From NCBI GenBank assembly GCA_012295275.1, contig CM022667.1, positions 11,160,001-11,224,000 of the forward strand: 64,000 bases of DNA, read 5' to 3'. The translations under genes and the position numbers were made by a program. The notes beneath the pieces are model-generated. The model saw nothing but the letters and a program-made list of their open reading frames with translations. It had not been told where the DNA came from and did no database searches. How positions within the stretch are numbered: position 1 is the stretch's first letter; each line of letters opens with the position of its first letter. Shown here piece by piece: positions 32,869-48,193 of the stretch. This stretch comes from Chrysomallon squamiferum. Taxonomy: Eukaryota; Animalia; Mollusca.

Positions 32869-33434
32869 AATGCGGAATCGAACTCGCTACCTCACAGCCA
32901 ATAAAAGTACATCGGTTTCCCCCTACAGTTACACTAAGAAAATGTTAGGGATCCAGACATGTCTTTAGATTCCAGCACAGTTCTGTCTTCTAATTCCGTT
33001 TGGCTGCAAGACTTTCTGTAATAACGAGAATGTCCGACTGGTCAGTGTTTTGAATAATAATTAACTGGACAAACACTTTGGACGTCCGTTTGACTGACCT
33101 TGGCGTAAGTCTTGTACTGTTCGTGGAGTTACTTATGCGGATTAGCAACGAATATCTTAGAGAATATTGAAAATAGCTTGGGGGAAAGGTAAAACAATAA
33201 TAACAAATCGGTTTGGTATTACTGAAAGAAACAAGAGTAAAAATAGTAACAGAAGAGTTTGTTAAAACAACAACAATAATAATAACATTAATAATAATAA
33301 TAAAATATATATATAAATATTTCGGTAAGTAAATATATACGTAATTAAGTAAGTACATAAATAAAATAATAATTGCAAAAAATTATCAAACAGAGAATTA
33401 TACTCAAACTAGATGTTCAGTTTTGACTTTATCT

Positions 33435-33472
<38 letters not shown>

Positions 33473-35195
33473 GGAAAGTAAACATTTTCTTCAGCTTTAT
33501 CCCTACTTTGTTTTTCGTTTTATTTTGTTATGTTCCTTTTTAGTCTTTAACTCTTACTTTGTTTCTAAGGGGTGGGGGGTCGTTCTTTTTGTTCATTATT
33601 TTAGTATTCATTTCTTATTATTGTTTTATTCACTTTCAAATTTATTATTTTTTTTTTTTCTTCACTATTCTTACTTTCTGTTATTATTTAACTTGTTTTT
33701 CTTCGTCTTGTACATTTTCCTTTCTGTTTACCTTATCTTCTCTTTTCTTCATATCTTTTTTTTTCTCTCGTTCCCCCTTTTTTTTAATGTTATTTCTTCC
33801 TCTTTCTTTTGTCCTCTTTTTCTTTATTATGATTATGTCTGACAGACAAAAATGCTACAATAATTTTTTTTTTTTTTCATTTAGATATTTGATAATTTTT
33901 ACAATGCAATTGCAGAAATTAACCAGTTATTACCTTCGAGAAATATTACTTTTATCACCGCACTCTCTGAAAATCAACAAAGACATCATCGACTCTTTCT
34001 GTAAGCTGAAACAAATACAACTTTTATCTCCTTCGTGCACGCCCCGAAATATTTCGTCAGCTAATTTTCCGATCCATTGATTCGTATGCCAATAAAAATA
34101 AAGCCTATGAAAAATTATATAATGGCTTTTGTTATAGACTCTGATTATTCATGCATTATTCAACGGTTGTTCAAGTGTCGTACAAGAAGTCGAGATTGTT
34201 ACGTCGCGTGGAAATTAAAAAATCTTTTTTTGCAGAGAAACCGAAGCGGTGTCGGGAAACGGAATAGATCGCTCTCGAGCAGGAATAGAATGACGCTTCT
34301 TTATTGCCCGGATTACGCGACCTTGACCGTAACACCTACAATTCTTTTATGCGAGAGACCTCTGTTACCGAGAGACGAAATTAATTTGCGTTCCCAAAGA
34401 GCAGCGAAATAATCGGAAGGAATGTGGCATTTATAAGTAAAATCGTGATTGGAAAAATGGGGACGCTGATTTCTTGCGAAGTGGCTCGAAGCGCAGATGT
34501 AAATTTAAATCAATGCCAGAGCACTAGGCGTCGGTTTTAAAACAAAATAATTATCTTTGCTGCAGATATGGACGTTAATGAAATTTATGCTTGTGAGTCT
34601 ACCGCGTTCTAACTTAATCAGGTTATGTTGTTATTGTAAGTTGTCGTATGCCCCTTATTCGTTCTTGTTAGCTTTGTTTTGTTTGCCTGTTTCCATTAGA
34701 CGAGGCTATGATTAGGAGAGGCAAGGGGCCTGTTTTAATAGATCGCAGAGTGCATTCTTGTCAATTGTTTCCTGGGTCAAATGAAGCGAAACAAGGCTAT
34801 TTATTAACGGTCGCATTATCTGCCTGGTAACTTCCAAATAAAAATAAAATAAATGTTAGTGTTGCCACCATTACCAATTCAGTTGCTGTTATTATGAAAT
34901 TTACATGTTCCTTTATCATTATATTGTTGTCGCTACTACTACAACAACTGCTGATAATTCTACTACTACTAGACTATTATTACTACTGCTGATGCTAGTA
35001 CTACTACAACTACTACTATTATTACTATTACTTTTGCTACTTCTACTACTTACTAGCATACCTTAATTAGTATTACTATTTCTACTACGTTTATCACTAT
35101 TTTATATATAATACATTTGTATATGTGTTTATAAATATATACATGCATGAATGTATGAAAATATTTGTTTGTATGTGTTTGTGTGTGTGTATGTT

Positions 35196-35229
<34 letters not shown>

Positions 35230-35768
35230 CTATTTTATTTTCGGTATTTCACGATAACTTCAAACAGTAAGAAAGAATATTCTGTTTTGAGTTCTTTTCT
35301 TCCTTATTACGTCTTTGTATTTTATTATAATTTTTTTGTTTTCCTTACCAGCCGTTTTAGTTCTGTAATACATCACATGGTCTTGTTAATAATATAAAAT
35401 AATTTTTCTCCCCATCTTTTCAGCCTATTTTTTTCTCGTCCCATCCTTCTGCAAGTAATAATCGTAACAATAATAAAAAGTGACGTTTGTCTGTGACAAT
35501 AATATGTAAACAGCTCTGATTTAGATGAAGATTAACTGTAGGGTCATCCACGCCTGTTTTAGAAAACCTTAGTACCAGCTCTTTAACTTTATTTCTTAAC
35601 AAGGCGATGAAGAGAAAAAAAAAACAAATTGGTTTTTGCTTCTGTTTGACATGGTGCATTAGTTATCTGACTGTCGCTGTAATTGTGATTTATGAGTTTG
35701 TCTGTCTGTTTATGTGTCCTTGTGTTTGAGCTATAGTGTGCCATATGTTGGTCTCTTCTCTTCTCTTT

Positions 35769-35894
<126 letters not shown>

Positions 35895-38195
35895 CTATTT
35901 GCCTATTGTATTTGTTATGCGGCTTTGAATCTACAAATGTATAAATCTATCTATCAGTCAGTCAGTCATTCTGTTTAGATATCTTTCTATTTGTCTATCC
36001 AGTTTCTAATTTTCCATCCATCCATCCATTCATGCATCCATCTCACTGTCTGAATCTATCTATCTATATATCTGTCTTTATATATATATATATATATCAA
36101 TATCTTTATTCCTCTCCAGTCACCATTTTTCTGTTTTCCCCTCCGTCACTTTCATTCTACATGCACAGATTTTTACGTCTCTCTTTATCTCTTTTTCTCT
36201 CTTCTCTTTCTCTTTCTGTATCTCTTCGTTAATAACAGATCGTTAATTCAAAACAAAAAAAACCATCATCCCGCATCTTCAAGACGATAGCAAAACGATG
36301 TACCTCGGGTTACCCTCACGCACGTACGCACGTACGTACGTACGTAGTACTCACGTGACGACGACGTCATTAATTCGCTAATCGTTACCTCGGGGAGCGA
36401 CCGTTAGGAAGGTCTACGCATCTTCAACGACAATTCGCTTCTTTTTTTTTCTTTTTTTTTTTTCTTTCCAAGGAGACGGACGATAATGAATCGGAACTCT
36501 CAACATGGCCGGCCTCCGCGTGGATCTCTTCCTCTGAAATTAAGTCGACCGCGTGGGTCAATATTTCTCAGATTAAGACAATAAAGTTTTGTATGATTGC
36601 TGTTTTGGAGTGGCGCGGGTCAGCGCCGTGTCAGTGATAACCTATAAACATATTTCAGTGGTTGTGGTCGCTGCTAACGTGCATGTGCGCCGGTGATAGA
36701 GCAGATCTGATAAGACGTGTGTGTTAGGCTTTATGAGTTGTCAATACCGTCGTTGACGATGTCTTGCCCGGGAATCCTCTCGCTGCTTGCTTAGAGGAGA
36801 AAACAAATCTTGTGTTTTTTTTATTATTATTATTCTCTGAGGTGTTTTAGAAAAGAACAAAAAAAAAGAATCAAAAACGAAGGGAAACAATAGAAAAGAG
36901 AAAAATACCCCAAAATAAATGAATGAATAACAAAAAATAAAATAAAATAAAATAAAATAAATAAGTAAGTAAGTAAATGAATAAATACATAAATAAATAA
37001 TTGAATATGTGAATGAATAAATAAATAAATAATTATATAAATAAGTGAATATGTGAATAAATAAATAAATAAGTGAATAGGTAAATAAATAAATAAATAA
37101 ATAAATTAGTTAATTAATTAATAAATAAAATCGATCAGTAACAACATCAACAAAATAATCAAGACCACTAGTAACAGCAACATTCACTAACAGCAATAAC
37201 AACAACAACAACAGCAACAACAACAACAACAATAATAATAAACTTTATACAGTTGTTCCATGAAAAGTAATCAGTTGGCAAATTACTATCAACTTATGTT
37301 ATTTCTGAAGATATTTTGTACACTAGCTGTTTTGAACTGGTGGAAAATAAAAATAGACTGAATAGTGTGTCAGTCTGACTGTGCATGTAAAAATATTTCT
37401 TAGAGCTAAAAAAAATAAGAAGGAAGAAAAAAAGATGAGATTTTGAAAAAGAAGAAGAAAGCCAACTGTCCATTGATAAAATGCTTTTTCAAGTATTTTG
37501 AGTTGAAATTAACAAATACGTTTCTGAAAATTATTTTATTTTAAACACGATCCTCTTACACAACCATTCTTTACAAATTACAAATTTGAAGCAAGCATGG
37601 TTTTCTATTCACAACCGAAACCAATGAAAAAATAAAAAAAGAAAAACAGAAAAAGAAAAATAAAAAAGGAAAGAAACACCTCCAAAATGCCAACACTAGT
37701 GACGTTAATAAACCGTCAATGCTCTTAGCTTCCGGCTGACAGCTTCCGGCTGCGCGAACGAAACTTTTGAAGATCTTTTCGCCTGATGACAGTGAAGACC
37801 CAGAAGTGTTGCTTTTAATTGAGCTCTGCGATCCGTTTCCAGCCAGAATTCTATAATTGTTAATCGTTTTTCCCGAAGTCCCTAGTTGTGAATACAGTGT
37901 TTGTTCGCTTGAGTTAGCCTCGGAGCCCAAAGCGGATCTCAGCTTTCACGAAGCCGACTTGTAAGTTGACACCCGATACTTCGTTATCTTGTTAAGTGTG
38001 TTACTTTCTGTTTTTTACAGATTCACGAATCGTGAAATAAAACAGTTAATGACGAAAGTGTGAATGGACAATGAGAATTAAAAAAAAAAAAAAAAAAAAA
38101 ATTTAAATATATATATATATAATCTGGGATTTTTAGATATATAAAAACAAATTCTATGACAGATATTTGTATTTATGCTATTATTATTATTTCTT

Positions 38196-38226
<31 letters not shown>

Positions 38227-39729
38227 TTATTATTATTATTGTTAGTGTTGTTGTTTCAAACATAATTATAAATATAAATTCATTTAAATGATAAAAATAT
38301 CTGACACCTACAGACAAGAGCTACACTCAAACATATAAACAAACACACAGACCCATACGCATATATCCTTATACATACATAAATACTGACAAAGACGCAT
38401 GCACGCACACAAAAACACTCACACACAGTGGCATATATATATATATATTTATATATATTAAATTAAGCGTGCTAACTAAAGTTAACACCACATTTGCATG
38501 TACGTCAGCTGTCAAATTTTCCCAGCATAAAATTTTTCAAACCGCTCTTTAACGGAAGGTCAGAGAAAATGTAAAATTACTTCTTAAAATCCTCCAATTT
38601 TTTTCTTGCTACGTGGGCCGCAAGTTCTTTCATCCTACCACCACGACGCCGGCAGATCAATAATTGTGTGGATAAACGCTGTGCCAGTTGGTGCTTTACT
38701 AAAAAAAAAAAAATAATATAAAAACATACAATTTTAACTCGTTACAAGTTACGTTTCATTTATGACTTCACTTAATTGCTAAATTACAGCGATTCAGCAA
38801 TTCCAACTGAGATAACGCCATTAACGGTCAGCCAAGGGAGACCACTCTATAATATTTTTGCTCGTGTAATGGAGATACTTCCGGTTCAGGTGCGACGTCC
38901 TTCCAGTTTGCCTAACAAGAGACAGAAAGTTCAGAAGTCGAACATTTTACCGCGGTTTTTCAGTAATAATGAAAATTTATAATTAAGTGAACGTTGTGAA
39001 GGAAAGGATGTCAAAGGCACGATATTTATTGCAGTCGGCTTCCATGTTGTAATGAAATTAATTAAAACAGAATCAAGGGAATTTCACCTTAGCTTTGAAA
39101 ATGGCATGCTTTTCCAAATGTTGTTTGCTGGATGGTTTATTCCGCTACTTCATCAGTGTCATCTTCGTTACAATCATAGAAACGAAAACTGCAGTGGTGA
39201 TACTATGTTTAGGCTAACGTGCGCACGCATACACACGAACACTTAGCGTGAAAAGATACAAACGCATGCAAATATTTTATCATTCTCTCTCTGCCTGCCT
39301 CTCTATTTCTTTTTTTTTTTTTTTTCTTTTCCGCTATATGTTCCTGTCCCACGCAGAGAAACCCACAAAAAAAAAAAAAAAAAAAAAAGAAGGAAGAATA
39401 AAAATAAAAGTAATTTCCAACTCATCATGAAACAATCAAACGATTTCTGTTAAAAGGTGTTTAGTGATGCTTACACCGGGTTTTCCCGAAATGTCACGAA
39501 CTTTTGAAAAGCACTGTCATTAATTTATTGAATGAAGTCATTTCTGGAAGCGTTTAATTCAAATTTGGCCGCATCGTTTGTTTGTATTTTTTTTGTCCTT
39601 GTTTTGTATTAATTTAAATGTCAGCTCTTTCGATGTGTTTTCTATTACGCTGATGTTTTAACAAGATAAATGTTTCAGCCAGGTATGATTACTCGCATCA
39701 CAGAACCATCCAATTGATTAATCTCTCTT

Positions 39730-39852
<123 letters not shown>

Positions 39853-40358
39853 CTCTCTGTTACTCTTTCTCTTTCTCTGTTTTCCCATCAATAGAAATAC
39901 ATTTATATATCATTTCTTTTATAAGTAATTCATACTTACCAAGACAAATGATTGAAAAACAAACAAATACATAAATATTTTTAAAAAAAACATAATTTTG
40001 ACAAAGCAATACATAAATTTAAAACAAATTAATTCACAAAATAGAAATCTATAAACCAATAAACCCTTAAACCGACAAACTCATAAGCCTACAAATCTTT
40101 AAGATACCAAAATGCCTAACAAATTATACATACAAACCAACATATGAAGACACTCACACACAAGAATAGTGAAAACACAAAGTATAAAACGCATAATCAA
40201 ACAAAACCATAAACGCACGAAACCAGCAAACCCACAAAATTCCTAAACACACAAACACACAACCACGGCAAAGACATTTCAATTATAAGCCGCTGCCTGC
40301 AGCAAATGTTGCCTTGTTCTTTTCCAGCTCTTGGTCAAAGTGCTTTCTCTCATTTCAG

Positions 40359-40501
40359 GTTTTGCCGCCAGCGCCAGAGACATGGTAAACCTACGAAGGG
40401 ATCTCTTCTCCAATTATAACAGAGGAATCGTTCCCGTCCATAACCAGAGCGAGTCAGTGCAAGTCCAGATGTCCTTCTTTCTCATCATGATTCATGAGCT
40501 G
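40359..40501 (+). CDS. nAChR-like Cys-loop receptor, exon 2 (FAASARDMVNLRRDLFSNYNRGIVPVHNQSESVQVQMSFFLIMIHEL)
   Basis: Typical LGIC N-terminal helix L..DLF..Y....P. Acceptor TTTCAG (alternative at 40327) and donor GTGAGT at 40502. Confidence 0.9.
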
Positions 40502-40828
40502 GTGAGTTTTGAGGACGGCTGGTTTCATGAAGATAAAATACAAATGAAGGAAGGGAGTCAGGAAGGAAATAGAGAGGAAAAATAGAGCAAGGAGGGATTC
40601 TGGGATATATATATATATATAAATGATGAAGGAATAAATGAGGGATGAATGGACGGAGTGAAGGAAGGATGGATGGAGGGAAGAGAAGATAAGGGAGTTG
40701 ATGGATAAATACATTTTCATAGGCTGAAAAGCACGTTACTCCTTTTATAAACTAGCGAGAAGAAAAAAATAATTAACTGACTGAATAATAAGTGTCTGAT
40801 TCCTTATGTGAATGAGATCGAGAAGATA

Positions 40829-40936
<108 letters not shown>

Positions 40937-41721
40937 GCATAACGGGACGAACAGTTATTCTAATACGGCAACATAATTTCACAATAAATACGTCAATAAT
41001 GTTATGAAATAACCGGATTTAATAATTTACGTCATATATTTTCGTTCATTTGTAATTAATTTTAACGTGCATTTCTTTCACAACTGCATTTTTTAATATT
41101 TTTTTTTTCCCCTGTATAAATCTTTCGCTGCAGTTTTATGTTACTTCGTTTCGCTTCGCTTTATCAAGAACAATTTATAGAAACCAAGACTTTCATTAAA
41201 TGTCGTCTGATGTCGGATTACAGGAAAATCAATGTCGCGGCGGTAATCACTTATATTCGTAAGTTTCAGAAGAGGTTACCAATTGCAATTTATCTCCATG
41301 CTGGAACAGCCGAAATCAAAGTATTGTGGCTTATGAAACGGGATTAATTCACTCGTAGAAGTTGATTAATGCGTCTGTGTTTATGCACGTGCACAGGTCT
41401 AAAGTTCGACAACTCTATTAGCCGTTTAAAGTGTGGGAAATATTCGTGGAAAGAAAGCGAAAAGAAAAGTCGCTTAGGATTTCTGTTATTGAGTCTTTAA
41501 GGAAAGGAAAACTGAAAAAGAAATAATTCTGAAGTTTTATTATTAATTCTTCAGAATATTGGCTAGAAAAAAAAAAAAAAAAAAAAATGAAAACCGTCTT
41601 TAGTGTTAAATCACGTTTCGTCACATTAGGGAAAAAAAGGTGAAGAATGAAATGAAATAATAATTATTGCTTTATTGCCGTTTCTTTTCGTATTTTTTTT
41701 TTTCTGCAAGTTTTGTCTGTT

Positions 41722-41752
<31 letters not shown>

Positions 41753-41753
41753 T

Positions 41754-41892
<139 letters not shown>

Positions 41893-42532
41893 TTATTTTT
41901 ATTTATTTTCTTTTATTTATTCATCCATCCATTTTATTTATTTTATTTAACTTTATTGTTTTAATTTCTTATTATTATGTCTGTCACTGTTTTAGGTATA
42001 TTTATAATGCCATTATTTTTTCATTTCGATTTAACGTAACGAACCTCTTTCGTTTATATTTTCGGTTTCAGCTTTTCGTAATAGCAAAACCTGGCCGAGT
42101 GATAATGCCAGTAGTATATAATAAATCGAAATTATCAAGCACAGCAGCAGGAAATAAAATAAATACATAAATAATAACAGTAAGACAAAAAAGATAGACA
42201 GAAAGTAAATAAAACGAGATCGAAGTTCAAAGATAAAGAATGGAAAATATAAAAAATATATGAAAGGTAATAAAAGATATGAAAAGGAAAAGGGGGATAA
42301 AAAATGAAAATAAGAAACAATGAAAAAAAAAAGTTATGAATATAAATTAGAAAAAAAAAAAAGGCAAAGAGGAATAAAAAGAAGAGGGAGCGATAAAATA
42401 CAAAGAAACAAAAGAATAAGTAAAGCTAAGTAAAAATAAATAAATAAATAAATAGTAAATAAATAAATAAATAATTAAATCAGTAAATAAATAAAAATAA
42501 ATAAATAAATAAATAAACAAATAAATAAATAA

Positions 42533-42563
<31 letters not shown>

Positions 42564-42612
42564 AATACAGCTGTGAAAGAAAAGAATGAAAGAAAGAGAG
42601 AAGAAACTAACA

Positions 42613-42649
<37 letters not shown>

Positions 42650-42651
42650 TT

Positions 42652-42694
<43 letters not shown>

Positions 42695-43467
42695 GCAGCA
42701 ACAACAACAATAATAATAACCATCATCATCATAACCATCATAATCTATAACGATAAAAAAAAAAAAAATAAAAATAAAGACAAAAAAAAATATAAAAAAT
42801 CGCTCTCGGAGTTTAAAATAATCAAAGTATGACGCAGTTGCGTTTATTTGTTTCTGTTTTTCTTTGCACGTGGACAGCTCGCGAAGTCTTTGCGGATTAT
42901 TGCGGATTATTGAGTCGACAACAGATCAAAAATGGCGTGAAAACCGATTCATTGAAAATAAGCCATGCGTTCTGGATTATTACGCGTAAACAAATTAGTT
43001 AGAGGAGAGTTCATATTATCCTCAGGGAATATTAATTTCCCGTCTGTAAAATTTTTCGTTTCTACCACGTTTGGAATCGCACTTTTTAATAATGAGCCAT
43101 ATTCATCGATCAAACATATTTCTTTATTCGTTAATCAGCTTTCGCCTAATTTTTTGCTTTCATTTTTAAACTGTCGTCGCGTTTAACCTGGGTTTTTTTT
43201 ATGATAAATTAATTACCCTTTTTGTCAATTCGTTTGATGGTGTTAATTAATAAATGAAGTTCGTTTTGGGTCCTGTCTCTGGATAGTCAGTGCGAATTAG
43301 GTCTGTGTGGAGTAAACGCAGATTTGGAATGGCACCTGTTTCCCAGATTGAAAGGGTTAATCCCATTCTGGTGACTTGCTGTCAATAGGTGGCAATTGTG
43401 ATGAATCATAACGCGAAAACAATGAATGATTAAATGAATAAATAAATAAATAAATAAATAATAATAA

Positions 43468-43511
<44 letters not shown>

Positions 43512-43516
43512 AATAA

Positions 43517-43548
<32 letters not shown>

Positions 43549-43892
43549 ACTTTAATAATAATAATGTAAACAAACCATACTATCATTAATAATAATAACA
43601 AATGTTCGTACCAATGGCTCTTTAGTGTCTGTGTGCTGTGACAAATGATGTGTCACTGCATAATGAATAACATATATTCGTACCTGTGTGTGTGTGTATG
43701 TGTGAATATGAAAAACACAGTATCTGGTCACAATTAAATATTTTAAAGTATAATTATATATGATAACCCTTTAGATGACTCGTCCAGCTTTCTGGTTTTC
43801 ATTTGTTTTGATAGTGATCAGGATTTTACTTGTGAAACAGTAACTTGAATTTTGTTTGTTTATATTTTGTTCTTTTTTTTCTTTTTCCGTAG

Positions 43893-43937
43893 GATATGAA
43901 AAATCAGGTTCTGAGAGCAAGCGGGTGGTTGAAAATT
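43893..43937 (+). CDS. nAChR-like receptor, exon 3 (DMKNQVLRASGWLKI)
   Basis: 45-nt phase 0/0 exon with pyrimidine tract + AG and a GTGAGT donor. Matches the conserved nAChR D.KNQ.L...W mini-exon. Confidence 0.93.
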
Positions 43938-44799
43938 GTGAGTATAAGATATTCGTTTTTTAATTAAAAGAAAAAATCAAATTCCATTAGAAATATGTTA
44001 ATCTTTACCATTCGCGTATCTCCTTATGTATTCACCAGCAGCTGAACAAATTGTAGAAACAGAATTTCTGATTTTATGTAGACATTTTTATGATCTCTTT
44101 GTTTTTGAGTTTGTAAATCATTCACATCGTATGAAGATAAATGTCGGAATTACTGTTTCTCTTCTTTCGTTCTTTGTCGTTTTTGCGTGTAAGTATGTTT
44201 TTGTGTGTGTGTGTGTGTGTGTAACTGATGTCTGCATCGTTCCTTTATTTGTTTTTAGTTATTTATGTATTCCCTAAACATACATGTATATTTTTCTATG
44301 CATCTATCTCTATCTGTCTGTCTATCTATCTGTCTGTCTGTCTCTTTCTATCTATCTATCTATCTGCCTATTTATATACTCTCAGAGACATATATCGATA
44401 CACAGTCCAACAGACTGACATACTGACAGACAGACAAACAGAGATATTGGTACATAGATATATTTAAAACATAGGTAAATTGTGTATTAACATCTGTGTA
44501 TATGTGTGTATATTCGTGTACATAAAAACACAGCGAGCCCTGAGAGGTGCAAACAATCGTCATCGAACTATTTCTGTTTTCAATTAAACTCTCTTGCTCT
44601 CTCTCTCTCTCTTTCTCTCTCCGTTGCCTCTAGTAAGGAAATTACTTCGACATCTTGGATTCCTGCCCGTGTGCTTGGCCAAATTCGTACAGGTTTATTG
44701 ACAACACTGAGATAAGCCGATGATTGTCATTTGAGGGCATGCCTTGTCCCAAAGGACAGCGACATCTATTTTAATTACTTCGCAAGACGCCCGCTGGAG

Positions 44800-44837
<38 letters not shown>

Positions 44838-46723
44838 CATTTTACGGCCTCGCTGTTACGCATGCTTCGATTCATCTGTGAAATGCCCGTATGAAGAAGA
44901 ATTTATCATCTGAAGAAATTATTCGACGAAATGCTGTGTGCAGCGTAATTGCGAATTAATGTTATTTGCTTTTGCCCAGTGTTTTTGGTCAGGCTGAATA
45001 AACATTGTAAGATGCCGCCAGAGGGAAAATTCTCGTTTGTTCGAGCGTGTGCCTCTACGTCATCGTTTTAGATATTTATGACGTCTTTGCTTACGTCATG
45101 TTTCCATGCCACTGCGTGTGGGTGTGTTTGTTGTTGTTGCGGTTTTGATTGATGCCTTTTTTTAAGCAATTAATATGGAAATTTATTTTTCCTAAATGAG
45201 TTCTGTGAATATTTTATTAGCTAGTATGACAGAGTATTTATTTATTTATTTATTTATTTTTGAATTTATGTTTTATTTAGTGTGTAATTGAATTGTTATT
45301 TATTTATTTATTTATTATGTTTTTATTTATTTAGTGTTTCGAAATAATTAAAGCTTCCATGTCGAGACCTATTCACATTTTAGTATTAAGTTTAATAAAT
45401 TATAATGATTGCCTGACATACATTAAACCCGCTGGTTCCATTCCACGAAATACTTTATTTGTTAAGCAAAATCTTAGAAACGAAACTGACGAAAACATAA
45501 TCGAAAAAGTGAACTAAGCAATGCTGAAACTGATTTAACACATGTGTGTTTTAATCGTTCATCTTTTGTCATTATATTCACTATTATTATTATTATTATT
45601 ATTATTAGCATTAGTAGTAGTAGTAGTAGTTGTTGTACTAGTAGTATTGATCTTCTTGTTTATTGTTTTTGTTACTTTGTTTTTTTTTAATTTAAAATTT
45701 ATTTTTTTAATTTATTTATTTATTAATGTTGTTTTGTTGTTGTTGCTTTGTAACTTCATCATCATCATCATTAATTATTTTATAACTACATTTATTTCCG
45801 TTTTATTCTTTTGTCTAACTATATACATTCCTTTTCATTCATTATTTCGTTTTCTTTCTTCTTCTTCTTCGTTTTCTATTATTTATTTTTTTCGTTTTTT
45901 GTCATTAACCTACTTATTACGTTCTTAATTAAAAGATACGGGTTTCACAGTTAAATATCTGTACTTCAGCATCTGGTGTTTAGAAAGTTAATGACCATCA
46001 AAACTGACACAGAAAATGCGAACAAACATCCGGGCCCCTAAACACGAACACCTAATAAATATGTGGGCTATCTCTACGCGAAAAACCGAACAGATAAAAT
46101 AGGCTATCACCAAAAAGCTATTTATAGTAACCGATTATTTAAATTGTATTACCCTCATTTGTTATTGGAAGCGAAAGGTGACGGTAATACTAATTTTAGA
46201 TTGGTAAAATTGCTAGCTAAATGCCAGGCATTTTACGTGTGTTCTGGTTTTAATCAAATGCTATTAATTTTAGAGTTTAATTATTCGTTGAGTAAATTTG
46301 CTATTTTTGTTGTGGTTTGTTTGTTAATTAATTAATTAATTTGTTTATTGCCGTCTTTCTTTTTCTTTTCTTTTTTTCTTCTTCTTCTTCTTCTTCTTAT
46401 TATTATTACATGAAATAAATAAGAAAAACCCCAAAAACGTATTAAATAATATACGAAACAAAAATACTAAATAAATAAAGCTAAAACAAAGTAACTCCCC
46501 GTTTCAGTTCAGTCGGAGCTTTTATATTCATTGTTATTTTTCCTTATCATAATTACTATAATCATCATCCCTATCATCATCATTATCATCATTATCAACA
46601 TTATTATTATTATTACTATTATTATTATTATTATTATTATATTTTATCAATATTTGTTTTATGAAAATAAAATATATATCTTCATTTGTATATATATATA
46701 TGCATGTGTGTGTGCATGCGTGC

Positions 46724-46770
<47 letters not shown>

Positions 46771-46890
46771 GTCTTTCTTTATTAATTTTATAAAACTAGA
46801 TTCATTTCTCCCAAGGTATTTTTTTTTGCTCAATACAGATTAAGGGATTACTCTTACGATATTACTTATACCGACCACCTCTGTTTTCAG

Positions 46891-47000
46891 GAATGGTGGG
46901 ATCAGTTTCTGAAGTGGAACGCGTCTGACTATGGTGGTATTGACGAGGTGATCGTGTTTCAGAGGGATGTTTGGCTTCCTGATCTCTTTGTGGAAAACAC
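46891..47000 (+). CDS. nAChR-like receptor, exon 4 (EWWDQFLKWNASDYGGIDEVIVFQRDVWLPDLFVEN)
   Basis: 110-nt phase 0/2 exon with the W.D..L.W...YGGI and W.PD motifs. Confidence 0.95.
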
Positions 47001-47447
47001 GTAAAAACATTTATCTCCATCTCCGTCAAAATAAAGAATGGAAATGAACGAATGAACTCTGTTTACTTTTTTAAACTTAGTGGTTATTACAGAAGAATTT
47101 TTTTATTTTTTTTTATTTTTTAATTTTTTATTTTTTTTCTGAAATAATATGGATGGAGTTTCTAATGGATAATGTTTATAATGATGATAAATGTCATTAC
47201 AAAGGGCGCCTACGTTTATATTATCTGCAGCATTAAAATAAGAAACAATGGTTTTTTTGTTTTTGTTTTGCACAAACCACTGATAAACCCAGTTAATACT
47301 GCTTTTATGATTATTAACAGTAGTATTAGTAGAAATACTAGTAATGTCAAACAAAATGAACAAACTATGAAAACACAATTAGACTATTTTCTTGTGTGAC
47401 ACGAAAGAACGCTGTACACTACTTTGTTCTTTTTCTCCCATGCTCAG

Positions 47448-47989
47448 GGCTCAGAGTTACCGAGAACTGGGCAACGACGCCATGTTGATCAGCGTCAAGG
47501 ACGACGGCCTCATCGTCTGGGAGCCGGGGATCGTCGTGGAGACCAGCTGCGCAGTCAACATCATGAAATACCCGTTCGACTCCCAGGTGTGCGACATTCG
47601 CTTTCTCACGTGGATGCACACGAACAGAACGCTGAGCGTGAAACCGGGACACGACTACATCCACCTCGACGCCACGCTGCCGAACGGCGAGTGGGACATC
47701 ACGCAGACGCGGGCCAAGCACTACACGTACCCGTCGACGTACCGGCTGGGCACCCACCACACCGGCGTCAGGTTTTTCGTGCATCTCAGGAGAAAAAGGA
47801 CTTTCTACATTTTGAACACTATCATTCCCGTGGTGATGCTGTCCCTGCTGAACGTTCTGGTGTTCATCCTGCCGGCGGACTGTGGAGAACGCATGGCTCT
47901 GGCCGTCACGGTTTTGCTGTCCTTTACGGTGTATCTTGGCATCATTAGTGACGTGATGCCCAAGACATCGGAGAGTCTTTCCGTTCTAG
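47448..47989 (+). CDS. nAChR-like receptor, exon 5 (Cys-loop, loops B and C, M1, M2)
   Basis: Cys-loop CAVNIMKYPFDSQVC, NGEW, pre-M1 LRRK, M1 FYILNTIIPVVMLSLLNVLVFILP, M2 GERMALAVTVLLSFTVYL, MPKTS. Phases 2/1 fit the neighbouring exons. Confidence 0.97.
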
Positions 47990-48078
47990 GTAATTTATAG
48001 TTTAATTACTGATACTATATCATTTGTCACCATACTGATCTGTAGCAGAATATGCTTTTATAAGCGCACCCACACATC

Positions 48079-48193
<115 letters not shown>

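Noticed and set aside
32870-32925. B-box-like GAGTTCGATTCC on the minus strand next to a poly-A run
   Set aside because: No cloverleaf or clear A box. At most a decayed SINE fragment.
32181-32948. 255-aa ORF (VVKVIVI repeats) and antisense Thr-rich and His/Tyr-rich ORFs
   Set aside because: Made entirely of a 3n-period minisatellite, (AAT)n and a poly-A run. No domain or splice context.
37571-37930. 119-aa minus-strand ORF of moderate complexity
   Set aside because: Non-ATG start, runs into a low-complexity tract, and has no recognisable homology or partner exons.
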